From Amoebidium appalachense (lineage: Eukaryota > Protista > Ichthyosporea): a stretch of DNA of 64,000 bases. The notes below the pieces were generated by a model that saw only the letters and a list, made by a program, of their open reading frames with translations, had not been told where the DNA came from and did not search any database. Made by a program: the position numbers and the translations under genes. Location of the stretch: the NCBI GenBank assembly GCA_963693365.1, contig CAVNZM010000008.1, forward strand, positions 3,563,572 to 3,627,571. Reading direction: 5' to 3'. Shown piece by piece: positions 52,612 through 64,000 of the stretch; the stretch's first letter is position 1, and every line of letters begins with the position of its first letter.

Positions 52612-53484
52612 CCGGCCTCCCCAGCCCCCAGAGGGAGCATAAGACCAAAATACTATAAGAAAATAGCGATGGTGGCGGTGGTGGTTGAGGTTGGGTGGGG
52701 ATGGGGGCACGGTAACATGAGTTAGTGAGCATCTTCTTCCTTTAAGGAAGCAAAAAAAAAAAAAAAAAAAAAAAAAAAGAAAGAAAGAAAGGGGGGGGGG
52801 GGGGGGGGGTTTGAATGCGTCAAAAAGTACGAAGTACACAAGAACAAACGGATAACACGATGCAGAATGCAAGCCATACATAAAGAGTATGCATAATAAG
52901 CAGAGCCCATCCTCAGGGGGGGCCCACGTCATCCACAGTACCCGAGTTTCGACCTATTCCCCTCGTTAACGAAACCCAACTCAGATACTGTTTCACTTGA
53001 ACATGAGTAGGTCACCCGTCTTGATCAGAGACGAGGGGTCAAAGCAAACATACAAACAGACAACCTCTCCCCCCCCCCTCCCCCCAACCCCCCCATTGCC
53101 CCTTCTCCCTTAGAAAACCAAGCCATGTACATGGGATATGGGTGTGCCAAAAGGAGGAAGCAGGGAGTGAGAGTGCGGCACGAAGGAAGACCAATTGGAG
53201 GGCAAATAGAAAGACAACCGAAAGCCATCTGCTGCCCCCCCCCCTCCCCCCCCTTTCTCTCACGCAGAGAGAGGGTAGTCGAGAGGAATTTACAACCACA
53301 AAAAAAAGCCTTCCTCCCCTCCTCCCCCCCAAACAAACACACACATGCACTACCTCGTTTCATTCAACCTTCGTCAACACAAATACACATATACGACACC
53401 CATTTATCCAACTGGCACAACGAATTCCAGGCTTTCATCCCATTACCATTGTCCGCCCCACTCTGGCTGGCTCCACACCTTCCT

Positions 53485-53523
<39 letters not shown>

Positions 53524-54091
53524 TCTTCGTCCCCACACCCACCTACCCACCCACCCACCACCACCACCACCACCAAAACACACACACACACACGAACATA
53601 TCTGGTTCCTCACATGTTCAATGTCCACTTCTATTTGCTTACTTTCCCAACACACCCATCCGTCACCATTCAAACTAGCAACATACAGCAGTCTCCATTT
53701 CATCATCATCAGTTTCCATACCTCAGGCAGCTGGCTTCTGGGGATGGTCAAATTCTGGCCGGCAAGGGGCTTATAGGCATCCCCTCTCTTATTCCCGACA
53801 TATCTCGGGTAGTAGAGAATATCATCAATAATCTCACGCATACTCCCCTTGGGGTGGGTCCCCCCCGGGCACGCGCACGATTCTAAAATCGCACTGTTTG
53901 CAGTCGTTTGTATAAGACACCATTGCGGACCCATCCTCAGTTGCTAGTCTTCCGGCAATGGTTGTGGTGCAGCGCATGTGGTCTGGATTCGGTTCAATTT
54001 TCGCGTCATGTGGGAGGGCGATCACACCGGGGCCTAGTTCCATGCCGGCTGACACGGTGGCCATACAGGCCAACAGGAGGCTGGCTCTCAT
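48275..54091 (-). CDS. Peptidase family C69 (dipeptidase A/secernin-like Ntn hydrolase) with signal peptide and C-terminal TM anchor; 5 exons, apparent +1 G frameshift in exon 1
   Basis: Exons 54091-53722, 52301-51939, 50847-50380, 49588-49355, 48691-48275. Motifs: CTTTIAG (nucleophile Cys), [77 protein letters not shown]7 run at 53860-53866 needs to be G6 for an open frame. Confidence 0.92.
52810..53035 (-). mobile_element. Near full-length subfamily A copy of the structured repeat, in C69 intron 1
   Basis: Near-identical to 1216-1396 and 2254-2478; poly(C) follows the TTCAAA end. Confidence 0.88.
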
Positions 54092-54323
54092 GTTGATATA
54101 CTCTGTGCATTGGAAATAAAGAAGGGTTTACTAAACTTGTTGACCATGTTCTGAGTGTGATGGTGTGCAACCCCCCCCCCCCCCCCCCCCCAACCCCAAT
54201 ACGCCCTCCTCCCCCTCCCTCCCTTCCCCCTCCCCCCTTCCCCTCTTCTTATTTTTTGGAGGAAGCTCTGGAAGAAGGTGAGGCAAACTTGCGTGTCAGG
54301 GGGTGTGCGGGAAGAAGGGGGAA

Positions 54324-54374
<51 letters not shown>

Positions 54375-55855
54375 GGCGGATGCGTAGAGAGGGGGAGATT
54401 TCATGTAGGGGGGAAGAAGCACAGGGTCTGCTAAGGGCGTAGCAGGAACTTTGATGCAACCTGGGACGTAAGTGAATAAACAAGTGGGAGAGAAGGGCTA
54501 CGGACACAGAGGAAGACTACACCCCAGTCAACAGATGGGTGGTGGTTTTTGAGGGAGAAGGAATCACGCGAGGTGCTTGGAAATATTAAGTATCGAACTC
54601 TTAGCACATAACGAGTGTTTATTTGTGTAATGCCGGCCTGCTGATAACTTGTTGATCTATTGCGCCGGATTAGACTGTGTCATGTAGAGGGGGGAGGGGG
54701 GAGGGGGGAGGGGGGGAGGGGGGGGATGGATTGATGGCTGTGGGTGTGTGAGTGCCATGTGGTAACCAGTTGGACAGGCTGAAAGCTATTGGAAATAAAG
54801 AGTGTAAAAGTACACGGCAAGCATTGAAACAATCTGCAAAACCTGGACCAGAGGAAGCTTGAGCGTGCACCCCAACACCAGATTCGGATCTCCGTCTCGT
54901 GAAAGGAGAAGCCGACTTTTCCTCTCTAAAAAGATGCATTTTCGTGACTCGTTCATAGTATATGGCAAAGACACAAAAGAGACCAGGCCTACTAAATTCT
55001 GATATAAAAGAACATGATTGCTCTTACCTGGAACCACTCGACGAGATCTTTGCACTTGCTTCAAAGACAAAACAGATGTGTCCGGCGAACTGGAAACTTG
55101 ATGAAGTGAAGATGCTTATATACCCCCTGGCGTGGCGACATCAAGAATACGACCCATTTATTGGTTAACTATCACGCAGTAAACAAACGGGGGGCACGCT
55201 TTGCCTTTTTTGGCAATAAGTAGCCTGGCTGTAGGTCAAACGGCGCCTCGTTGATACATTGTATGTAGGCACCACCTGGACCTCGGCAGGCATGTTTTTT
55301 TCTCCAAGGTTGAAACAACATTTGAACATTCATATGTTTTGCTGTCCTGCAAGCACGGCTAACCTCGCCGAGCCTCCCGGGAGGCCTCATTGAGTGCGGC
55401 CGCCGCCACACAGGACTCAGGACTCGGAGGATGCTCGGAATTTGCGCACGATCGCCGATTGCGCGGGCTCCCTCAAGATGGCCCTTCGGAGCAGGGCTCG
55501 AATTCCGACGTGGTGGGCCCGAGTCGTATCTGGAGGAGAAGGAGGAGGAGGAGGAGGGGGAAGAGGGGGCGGAGGGGGGAGGGAGGAGGGGGGGGGGGGG
55601 GGGGGGGAGGGGGTGCCGTGCTTTGGTTCATACGACGGATCCTCAGTTGCATGCATGCCATGCCATTGTTTGCCTCCGAGCCGGTGGGGTTGCCGAGGTG
55701 TTGCAATTGGGTGGCTGCAACGTGACCATGCATATATATGGGTGGCACTTGAGCAGTGGGTGGTTGCACATGGGCGGTAGGGGTGGGGCCCGGGAGCTGG
55801 GGGCCCCAGGGGGCGGGGAGCAGCGAGCGGGGCGGGTGGGTGGGGGGGTGGTGCA

Positions 55856-55903
<48 letters not shown>

Positions 55904-56446
55904 GGCCACGGGTCATTGACCTTTTGCCTCTTGGATGACATTGCCATGCGTGCGGATGCATCGGTCTGACAACGGCCGAATATCCTAGGGCGTTTACTAA
56001 GCATACAAATTTTACACACATATGTAAATTATCACATATACCCACCCACCCACACACACACACACACCAGCCCCACCTCCTCCAAATCCTTCCTGTGTTC
56101 ATAAAAATTCACCACGGGTTTGGTTGAGTCTATTTTCTTCAAGTTCAAGTAACAACATAATGGAGGCTGCAACCTTCTACTTCTTGAACAGTTCTCATTC
56201 CTAGTCACCTCATTTTAATTCAACGGCCGAATAAATCCGATTGCCACGTACTATACGGGCACATATCAAACTTAATTTTCACGCTTTCACGTTTTCACGG
56301 GTGCAAAAATCTGGGAAAGGTCGAAAATCAACATGTGGTTGAAAGCAGCCGGCATATTGTCAAAGAAAAAATGGTGGTTATGTGCGTTTGTGTTAGTAGT
56401 GCTTTGTATGCATCGTAATTGGAATTAAAGGTCGAATGGGGCAGCC

Positions 56447-56509
<63 letters not shown>

Positions 56510-56587
56510 CGCGCGTGTGCGAATGTGCTGGTGTTTAGGTACACACGTGTCCCAGTGTGCACCCGCACGTCTCTGTGTGGTGGCAGT

Positions 56588-56635
<48 letters not shown>

Positions 56636-57453
56636 AATGGAAATCCCGGGCCTGGAACGGTTTATATACGTGTATGGGCGAGATTAGCGGGAGAGGGGAA
56701 GGGAAGGGAGGGCAGCGCGGGGGCAGGGGGGGGAAGGGGAGAGGAGGGGTTTGAGGGAGGGGAGGTAAGTTGCTACAGGCTGACCCACGTTTCGAAGTCC
56801 TGATTCACGGTGTGAATAGTAGTGGTGATTACGCAAGGGCTCTGATTCGGCCCATTTATTGTCTCTGTCCACTAGCAGCATTGCTCACCAGGATAATTTT
56901 AAGCGCCCAACAGCACTCATCATTAAGTTTACATGTCAGGTCACGGCAGTGATGACTGTACATTACGTTGTTTGTTATACACACCACTCGTCATGATATT
57001 CCTCCAATCATTATCAAGGAAGTGGCCCTGTCATACAATGTTCATATGTTGTACAACATTAGTCATATGCCTCGTCCGATACACCCACCACATTCCCAGA
57101 TATCTTACAGAATACCCTTTGCACCACACGGCTATCCAAAGGTATACATGCATCACCCCTATAATAGGTAGCGTAGCTCAGCCTATACATTTGGGCGCTA
57201 AATCGACCCCCTAAGTTGCGCTCTATGTGTCCGCCTTTGGATCCACTAATATAGCTGAGCCGCAACATTCATTCAATACTTCCCTTTGGTGTTCCCTTCA
57301 TGCCCTTAAGTTAGGGAGTTAATAAGTTAGCCTAAGGCCTACCCATGTCTCCTATGTAAACACATAAATCCTCGTAGCTTACCCCCCCCCCCGCCCCCCG
57401 CCCCCCCCTCCCTTCCCCCCATCCCTATCGATTCCCCCACATTCAATTCGAAT

Positions 57454-60400
57454 TCATATTCCACCGCAGATTGCCCTATTACCCGCACTCGACTGTGTTC
57501 CAGCCCCCTCCTTCAACTTGGCGCCCAACACACACGCAATCTTCCCTCGCCAGGTTTCTGCAAGCTCCTCTGTCCCTGCCTCCCACACGTAATCCGTCCT
57601 CCTCGGATTTTTGGATTTATCCCCCGCCGCCGGACCGAAATACGAAAACCCAAAAAGTTTTGACGGGGAGTAGGGCGCAACAGTGGTTCCTTTCTTAATT
57701 TCGACGGGGACAGGTGAGGATGGTGGGGTGCATATCTCCTCCAATGGCCCGGGTGCGCTGCTCACCCGCCTAAGAGATCTGGGACCCGACCACCGGTTCA
57801 ACGTACCTTTCCGCTTGATCGTACTATACCACCCACCCACACCCGCCGCTTCCTTAGCCCCGCCGTTAGAAACCTCGGGTGCTTGTTCCTCCTCCAATCT
57901 CACGTCCATGGACAGCGAATCAACCGGGAGAACGTCCCTAGCACCGCATCTTCGCAGTTTTTTAAGCAATTCCTCGCCCATCTTTCCAGTCACGTTTCTT
58001 AAATCCCCTCCTCCTCCGTTCGTGTTCGTCCGTACAACAGCCACCACCTTCTCGTACAGACACAGCACGACGGGCCTCCCACCGACCTGCCTACCCCCTT
58101 GTGCCCCTCTCTTTATCGCCTTCACCACCCCCCACATCTTTAACTGCCCGGTTCCACCAGACCCCGCCACCTCCTCAGAAATTATCCCGTTCTCTTTCAA
58201 GCACCTCGCCGCCTCCGCGTTCTCCATTTCGCGCACTGACTCGTTGTTTTCCGCTACCACCGCCCTCAGTTTCCTCGTCAATTCGTCGTAAATCACGCGG
58301 ATCGGGGAATCGATGGGGATAGCATTTGTGATTGCAGCGGTAAGCATCTGGTACCGGACTAACCTTTGCACAGGCATGATGGCCAAACTGACCCACCCTG
58401 TGGCCTGTTGCCCCGTTGGGTTGTGTGCCATTTTGAAGGCCGCAAAGTCGTTAGATCGGTCAGAATCGGCCCTCTCCCAGCCGAGGATGATGGGATTCAC
58501 AAACCTGTGGGGCATAGGGGATCGGTTAATAGGTGGGAGATCCCCCTGAACTCAATGTTTCCTAGCCATGCAACCTTGCCACCTGTTGAGTCCGGTTTCA
58601 GACATTCTCCTTCAGATGTCCCATGTTTAGGCACAGAAAACCCTTTTCCATCCCCCCTCCCCCCCCCCCCCCCCCCCTCCTCCCGCCCCCCCCCTCCATC
58701 CCCCCCTTCCCCCCCCCCCCTTCCCCTTCCCCCCCATCCCCCCCCTCCCATCCCAACCTCCAAGCCAAGTTGAATACATGAATGGAATGAGCGCCGCTTC
58801 TGTTTTTCGTGAACATTTCTTTTCTCCCTCCCTCCCTCACGTTCTTTTTCTTTCTTTCTTTCTCTCTTTTCCCTCTTGCTCTAAGTTTCCTTCTCCTTTT
58901 GTTATAATCCCACCTCCCCTCCCCGGGCACGGGCCCGAAGGGGAAAGGGGAAAGGGGGGGGGGGGGGGGGGGGGGGGAAGGGGGCGGGAGGAAGGGAGGT
59001 AGGGGGGTAAAGAGGGGGGAGGGGGAGGAGGCTGCTTGATGAGGGAGTTCAAGTGCGTGTGTGCAGGCAAACCTAGGCTGATATCTGACTGAACACAAAA
59101 CAGTAGCACCTCCGACACTAGCTGCTTGCTAACGTCCCCAAATACAGCATGTATCCCCCCCCCCCCCCCCCCCCCCCTCCCCGTTCCCCTCGCCCGTCCC
59201 CCCTCCCCTCCCCGCCTTCCCCCCAGCCCGCCTCCCTACTCCGCAACCCAGGTGCTCGGTTGAAGGACTTTTACAATTCTCTTTCAGTTCTCAGAAAACC
59301 CCGGTTGCACCTTGCAAGAAATAAAAAGAATACGTTCAAAGATTAAGACCCCCCCTCCCTCGGAGGGGGATGTCTTCATCATGAGGCACACATTGGATAG
59401 GAGCCCGACAGGTGACTAATTTTGTTTTCCATGCAGATATTTTGCTGATTTGACCAAGCAAGAAAAGAAGGAGCAGAGTCTTTAATCATATCTATCTCCG
59501 TGTGTTCGTGTGTGTGTTTCTGTGTGTCCCTCTCCCTCTCCCCCTCCCTCTCTCTATCTCTCTCTCAAAGTCTCTCTCCCCCTCTCCCCACTCCCTCTCT
59601 CTCCCCTTCCCCCCTCCCTCTCCCCTTCCCCCCTCCCTCTGCCCCTCTCCCCCTCCCCCCCCCCCCCCCCTCCTCTCTCTCACTCGTGCTCTCTCTCTTC
59701 GCCTCCCCCTCCTCCCCCCCTCTTTGTGTGTGCGTGTGTGTTGTTCGTGTGGGCGTGTCTCGTGCACGTGTATATATTTGATACTGTGGAAATGGGGGAG
59801 GGGAGTAAACCAGTCACTTACAGAGTGAGCACACGCTGGTATTCAGTAACGAGCGGGCCCAGCGGGGGTACACATTCGGCCATCAAATTACACAGGCGGA
59901 GAAGTGTGAACTCATCTACCGTGGGGTTGGGATTCGCCTCAAAACCCAAAGCTGCTTCCAGCCGTTTGAACAGATCTTCGTGTTTGCGCAAAAGCTCCCC
60001 CGTGACCGATTCCAGCATCAAGAACGCCTCTTGTTCTGCGGCATGTGCAAAATGGGCGCGTGAGAGATCAGACACCCAGCTTCGGTGCATGGAACTCAGT
60101 GCGTGCACGTAGTTCTTGTCTGTAGTGTATACTTCGAATGCTGGGTGAGTGCACGACTTATACCAGTTGCTGGTTTCAACATCGAGGATGGTGATCACGT
60201 CGATGTTAACATCACCTGTCGTGCATCCAAGCGCTTCTCCACTCTCACTGTCGTCTTCAGCAGGTGGAGGGGGTGGAAGTTGCCAGATGAATCTCATTCG
60301 AATTTGCCGCTCCATGTTATCGCCAAAGGAGCCAAAAGAGGACATCTTAGGCTGTGGGCACGGCGATGCAAGGGATGTCATGGAGATGGTGGGAGATGGA

Positions 60401-61006
60401 GGTGGGAGAGACCCCGATGACAGAGATGATTCGCTTGGTGGGGAAAACAATCGAACTTCGTGAACGCCCTGGGTAGTGATATTGAAGGTGAACTCCGAAC
60501 GTGGAACCGAGTTGGGTTGTAGACACCATGATGGAGCCCCACGAGTTTCAGACGGTCTGGCGGTGAAGAGTTTAGAACATAATCAATGTCATCGTTCAAA
60601 GGCAAAAGAAACCAAAACCATTGACAAAGAGATATTAGCGTAAGAATGGATCCCTTATAAGCACAGAGGCTATGCCAGCTTAAGGTTTCTTGGTTTCAAG
60701 TTCTTAGTGCCCTGCAAGGCAAATGACCATGCATCTCAGAATTAACTGCTGTGCAACTCTTGAGTGCACAACTTTCATGAGTGAGAGGCATGTGCAAATA
60801 AAAGCTATTCGAAAAAAAGGTACCGGAAAACATCATCTGAGGAGATTCTTAACGACATAACAAGTTTCAAAAGAAACCACTCACGTTTTTCCTGAGTCCA
60901 GAGGCGGGTCAATGCGAATTGAATTTGGGAGCAGGCCGCCAGCACCCATGGACAAGTCCGAGCTCCTGAACATCTTTGAAAGCCTTTTCTTGGAAAGAGG
61001 TTCCAT
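57454..61006 (-). CDS. Dbl-family RhoGEF (DH-PH domain protein)
   Basis: Exon ending 59822 has DH motifs FEVYTTDKNYVHAL and HEDLFKRLE. Exon 58504-57454 (phase-2 match) has IMPVQRLVRYQML and PH-like GQLKMWG..RPVVLCLYEKVVAVVR..YVWEAGTEELAETWRGKI. The first exon 61006-60885 (MEPLSKKRL..) spliced to an acceptor at 60556 is tentative. Confidence 0.82.
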
Positions 61007-61543
61007 TCTTGCCCAAAAAGAAAGGAAGAAAGGAGGAGAACAGCGCTAAACTATCACCCTGCTTTTTGTAAGGTTCAAGCCTACCTCTGAGAGATGTTTA
61101 GGTCACTCAATGCATAGAGAGATATTCGTGTTTTGCTGGAGATGTGTTAGCAAAAGAGTTTCCACAAACTAGCACGGTGGTGTGCCTGGAGCCTTACTGC
61201 ATAAAGAAAGGCAAGAAAAAAGTGAACGGACGAGGAAAATAGGGGAAGAATATCCTTTCTTATGTTACTTCATTATTACTCCTATTCCCTTTGTGTGGAA
61301 GCGTGACAGTTCGACTCCGTTTTAGCTGACAGGTTTCGTGTGAGGGGCCCCCTTCGTGTGTTCACCAGCTGCACCGGCGATATGTGTAGATTGAAGCGGT
61401 GCGTTGACTACCAATGAGACGTCTGCTTTACAGTTAAAAAACACTAAATAAACTAAAAATTGGAATTGGTCTCTGTTAAGTTAAATATCACACAAGTGTA
61501 CAAGACGGTTGCTTTTCACCAGGAACAGTCACGTACATGTATA

Positions 61544-62152
61544 CACTAGTTCGGAATGCTTATGTAAAATTTTCATTGGCTTTGCTTCGCTCCGGTTGGA
61601 ATGATGACGTAATGAGGGGCTGGGGGAAGGGCTACCAATATACCAAATGACGCTTTAAGTGATCAAAGTTAAAAATATGAATAGAAAACAGGTTTTGGTG
61701 AACTAATTAGTATTTTATACATAACGCGACACACATTTATTGTATAAGCAACATAGGGTGTCCGCCGCTTATTTTATGGTGAAAACTAGAAAAATCTACG
61801 ATTCTGTCATAGACGATCGACCAGGCCCCTGAGTCCTGACGGTCGGAGCCTTAGCCGGACGGGTTTTTGCCGATTTTGACGATGAGGGAAGCGTCGGACA
61901 TCACGGGCACCCCATATCAATTATTACGCGTTTTTTCATTTCCGACAACTTTTTATAATGAAACTGTTTTCTAGGTAAAAACGATTGAAACATGCACATC
62001 AGAACCTGTAGATTTGTACCACGGCCCCGCTGTGGTGAGGGCAGCCCAAACCCTAGCCCTTCGGAATGTGAGGCCAATCAGATGATCCGAATCTTTCAGA
62101 TAAACCATATAAGGTTACGCATACGAATTCCAATGGGAATTCCGAACTAGTG
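61544..62152. mobile_element. Non-autonomous TIR element with CACTA termini and TA flanks
   Basis: TA-CACTAGTTCGGAAT (61544-61557) ... ATTCCGAACTAGTG-TA (62139-62152); 609 bp, no ORF. Confidence 0.78.
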
Positions 62153-62232
62153 TATACAGGCAGACTGTGAGAGTGAGAGTCTCGGCGTCGCCCCACGGCT
62201 GTGTACACGTGTTTTGCCCCTAGTTATTTTTG

Positions 62233-62271
<39 letters not shown>

Positions 62272-63348
62272 TTCATACATTATTCTCAGAGAAGTGTAGT
62301 GTTATGTTTTGGTATTAACACAGGCACGCTTGCACTAACAAGTAGCAAGCAGATTTGGAGAGATTTCTTTCAAAACCGTGCCGTACATACTTGGTCGCCG
62401 AGCGCTGGTTCTCCTTGGTTCTCAATGATTTTCAGTGTACGCACACACGCACACCTCACACGTGCACAGACACACACACGCACACACGCACACGCAAACG
62501 CACACACATGCACGCCTATCTGCACACATGCAAACACGCACGCGCACACATCCTCTTATCACACACACGTACACACGCACCACACACACGCATTCGAGGC
62601 TGTATACATGTACAGGTATGGTGCGCCATCCTTTGCTCCCTCATTAGCCATATTAAAGGCAGTCAAGCCCTAATAGCCGCCCCTTTGTGCCATACCAGCG
62701 TCCGAGTTAGGCTGATCCGTTATAGTGTTGACATGAATGACACGACTGCTTCTATTACAAGAACGGAAACACCATTTTTAACGTTAACGAAGTTGAATCT
62801 GGGATTGTCACTACTACCTGCATGAACAGGCATTCCAAGGTGTTTGTGTATCTCTCTCCCTGTGTGTGCGTGGGGAAGGGGGGGGAAGGGGGGGGGGGTT
62901 TAGACACAATAGGCAGTCGGAAACAAAACATGTGCCCAGCACAGCATTTTACTAAAGGAAACGGGTGCTTGCTGTCACCATTGTCTAACTGGTGTTAGTA
63001 AGACTAATTCCACTCCCCATGAGGACACAAAAACTCGAGTTCATACCGATTGTGAACGTTTGCGAGAAACCGAAACACACATAAACGTTTTTTTCCCATT
63101 TAAAAGGGCAAAAAAAAAAAAAGAGAGAGAGAGAAAAAAGTAAAGAGCGCAAGGAGGATAGGACAACTGTTTAGGAGAAAACATAACAGGAAAGAAAAAC
63201 AATTCGAGTGATCTACTCTCCCTACGTCCACCAGGACAGGACAAGGACAAAAAGTGCGTGGAACGAGAACGATAATGGTGATATGTGGTGGTTTGTGACT
63301 GGGTATGCGTTTGGGTGCCATGCAGGGGGGTGGGGCAGCGTGGTGTGT

Positions 63349-63393
<45 letters not shown>

Positions 63394-63800
63394 GGGAGGG
63401 GGGAGGAGGGGGGAAGGCAGGGGGGAGAAGCGAGGGGGCCAGAAAAATAAGGGAGTAAGCGGGAGGGAGGGAGGGGGGGAAGGTGAAGAGAGGAAGATAA
63501 GAGGAATTGAGGGAGAGGGGCAGCGAGCAGAAGAAGGGAAAAGAGTGAAAGAGAGGAGAACACTCAGAGATTGTTGTTGGGGGGTGGGGGGTTGGGGGGA
63601 AGAGAGGGGGGCTTCTCAGTGAAACCATTGTGATCTATCAACGAGCAATTACTTGTCTCCCCCCCCCCCCCTTCCCCCCCCCCCCCCCCCCTGCCGCCCT
63701 TCCCCGCGCACCAACACCATCATCATCACACACACACACACACCAAAAAAAAAAAAAAAGATGATGAAGAATAAGAAGAATAAGAGAATAAACAGTTCGT

Positions 63801-63998
63801 TCATGAAGTTGCTTCCGTCAACAAAAAATCGGCAACAACCGGAAAGTGGTCGGATGCATCATCTTCCACCCGGAAGCACGCCTCCAGTTTGTGTGCCCAC
63901 TCCTCCGTAGAGAGAATATAATCAATGCGCGTGGTTGCCCAAACAGTCCCCACTCCACCGTGTACACTCTCTCCTGGGTCCAGCCACGTTTTGTCCGA
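63801..63998 (-). CDS. C-terminus of an endonuclease/exonuclease/phosphatase (EEP) family protein; gene extends past the right edge
   Basis: Frame absent from the ORF track: SDKTWLDPGESVHGGVGTVWATTRIDYILSTEEWAHKLEACFRVEDDASDHFPVVADFLLTEATS*. RIDYI and SDHxPV are EEP catalytic motifs. Confidence 0.85.
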   Translation of the reverse strand, partial: SDKTWLDPGESVHGGVGTVWATTRIDYILSTEEWAHKLEACFRVEDDASDHFPVVADFLLTEATS

Positions 63999-64000
63999 AG

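Noticed and set aside
54760-56020. Short ORFs upstream of the C69 gene (e.g. 54962-55168, 55417-56019)
   Set aside because: No recognisable domain, interrupted frames and no supportable splice model.
59346-59376. Strong GC hairpin (CCCCCTCC-CTC-GGAGGGGG) as a Helitron end or terminator
   Set aside because: Single occurrence, no CTRR terminus at the expected distance, and such hairpins are likely by chance in G/C-run-rich DNA.

Overview
Eukaryotic genomic DNA with GT-AG introns, probably from a fungus-like or unicellular opisthokont (inferred, not shown). Introns and intergenic DNA are saturated with poly-G/poly-C tracts and (CA)n/(GA)n microsatellites, so most ORFs in the supplied track are low-complexity artefacts. 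Reconstructed genes: the 5' part of a 7+ exon methylenetetrahydrofolate dehydrogenase/cyclohydrolase (MTHFD1/ADE3/FolD type, minus strand); an intronless 7TM/GPCR-like protein; a head-to-head pair of paralogous secreted Cys/Thr/Pro-rich proteins; an intronless secreted protein with ten 4-Cys repeats; a 5-exon membrane-anchored C69 dipeptidase; a DH-PH RhoGEF; and the 3' end of an EEP-family hydrolase. Mobile DNA: two LINE 3' fragments, a 96-bp LINE-tail retrocopy with a target-site duplication (TSD), three non-autonomous elements with terminal inverted repeats (TIRs), an octamer satellite and tandem duplications. The most notable observation is a dispersed ~240-300 bp non-coding retroposon-like family with at least 8 copies in two subfamilies, all in one orientation. 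It ends in poly(C), is 5'-truncated, and carries a ~160-nt minus-strand RNA fold with G-U bias, compensatory changes and a covarying long-range pairing. All exon boundaries, alignments and folds were derived by eye; no searches were run.
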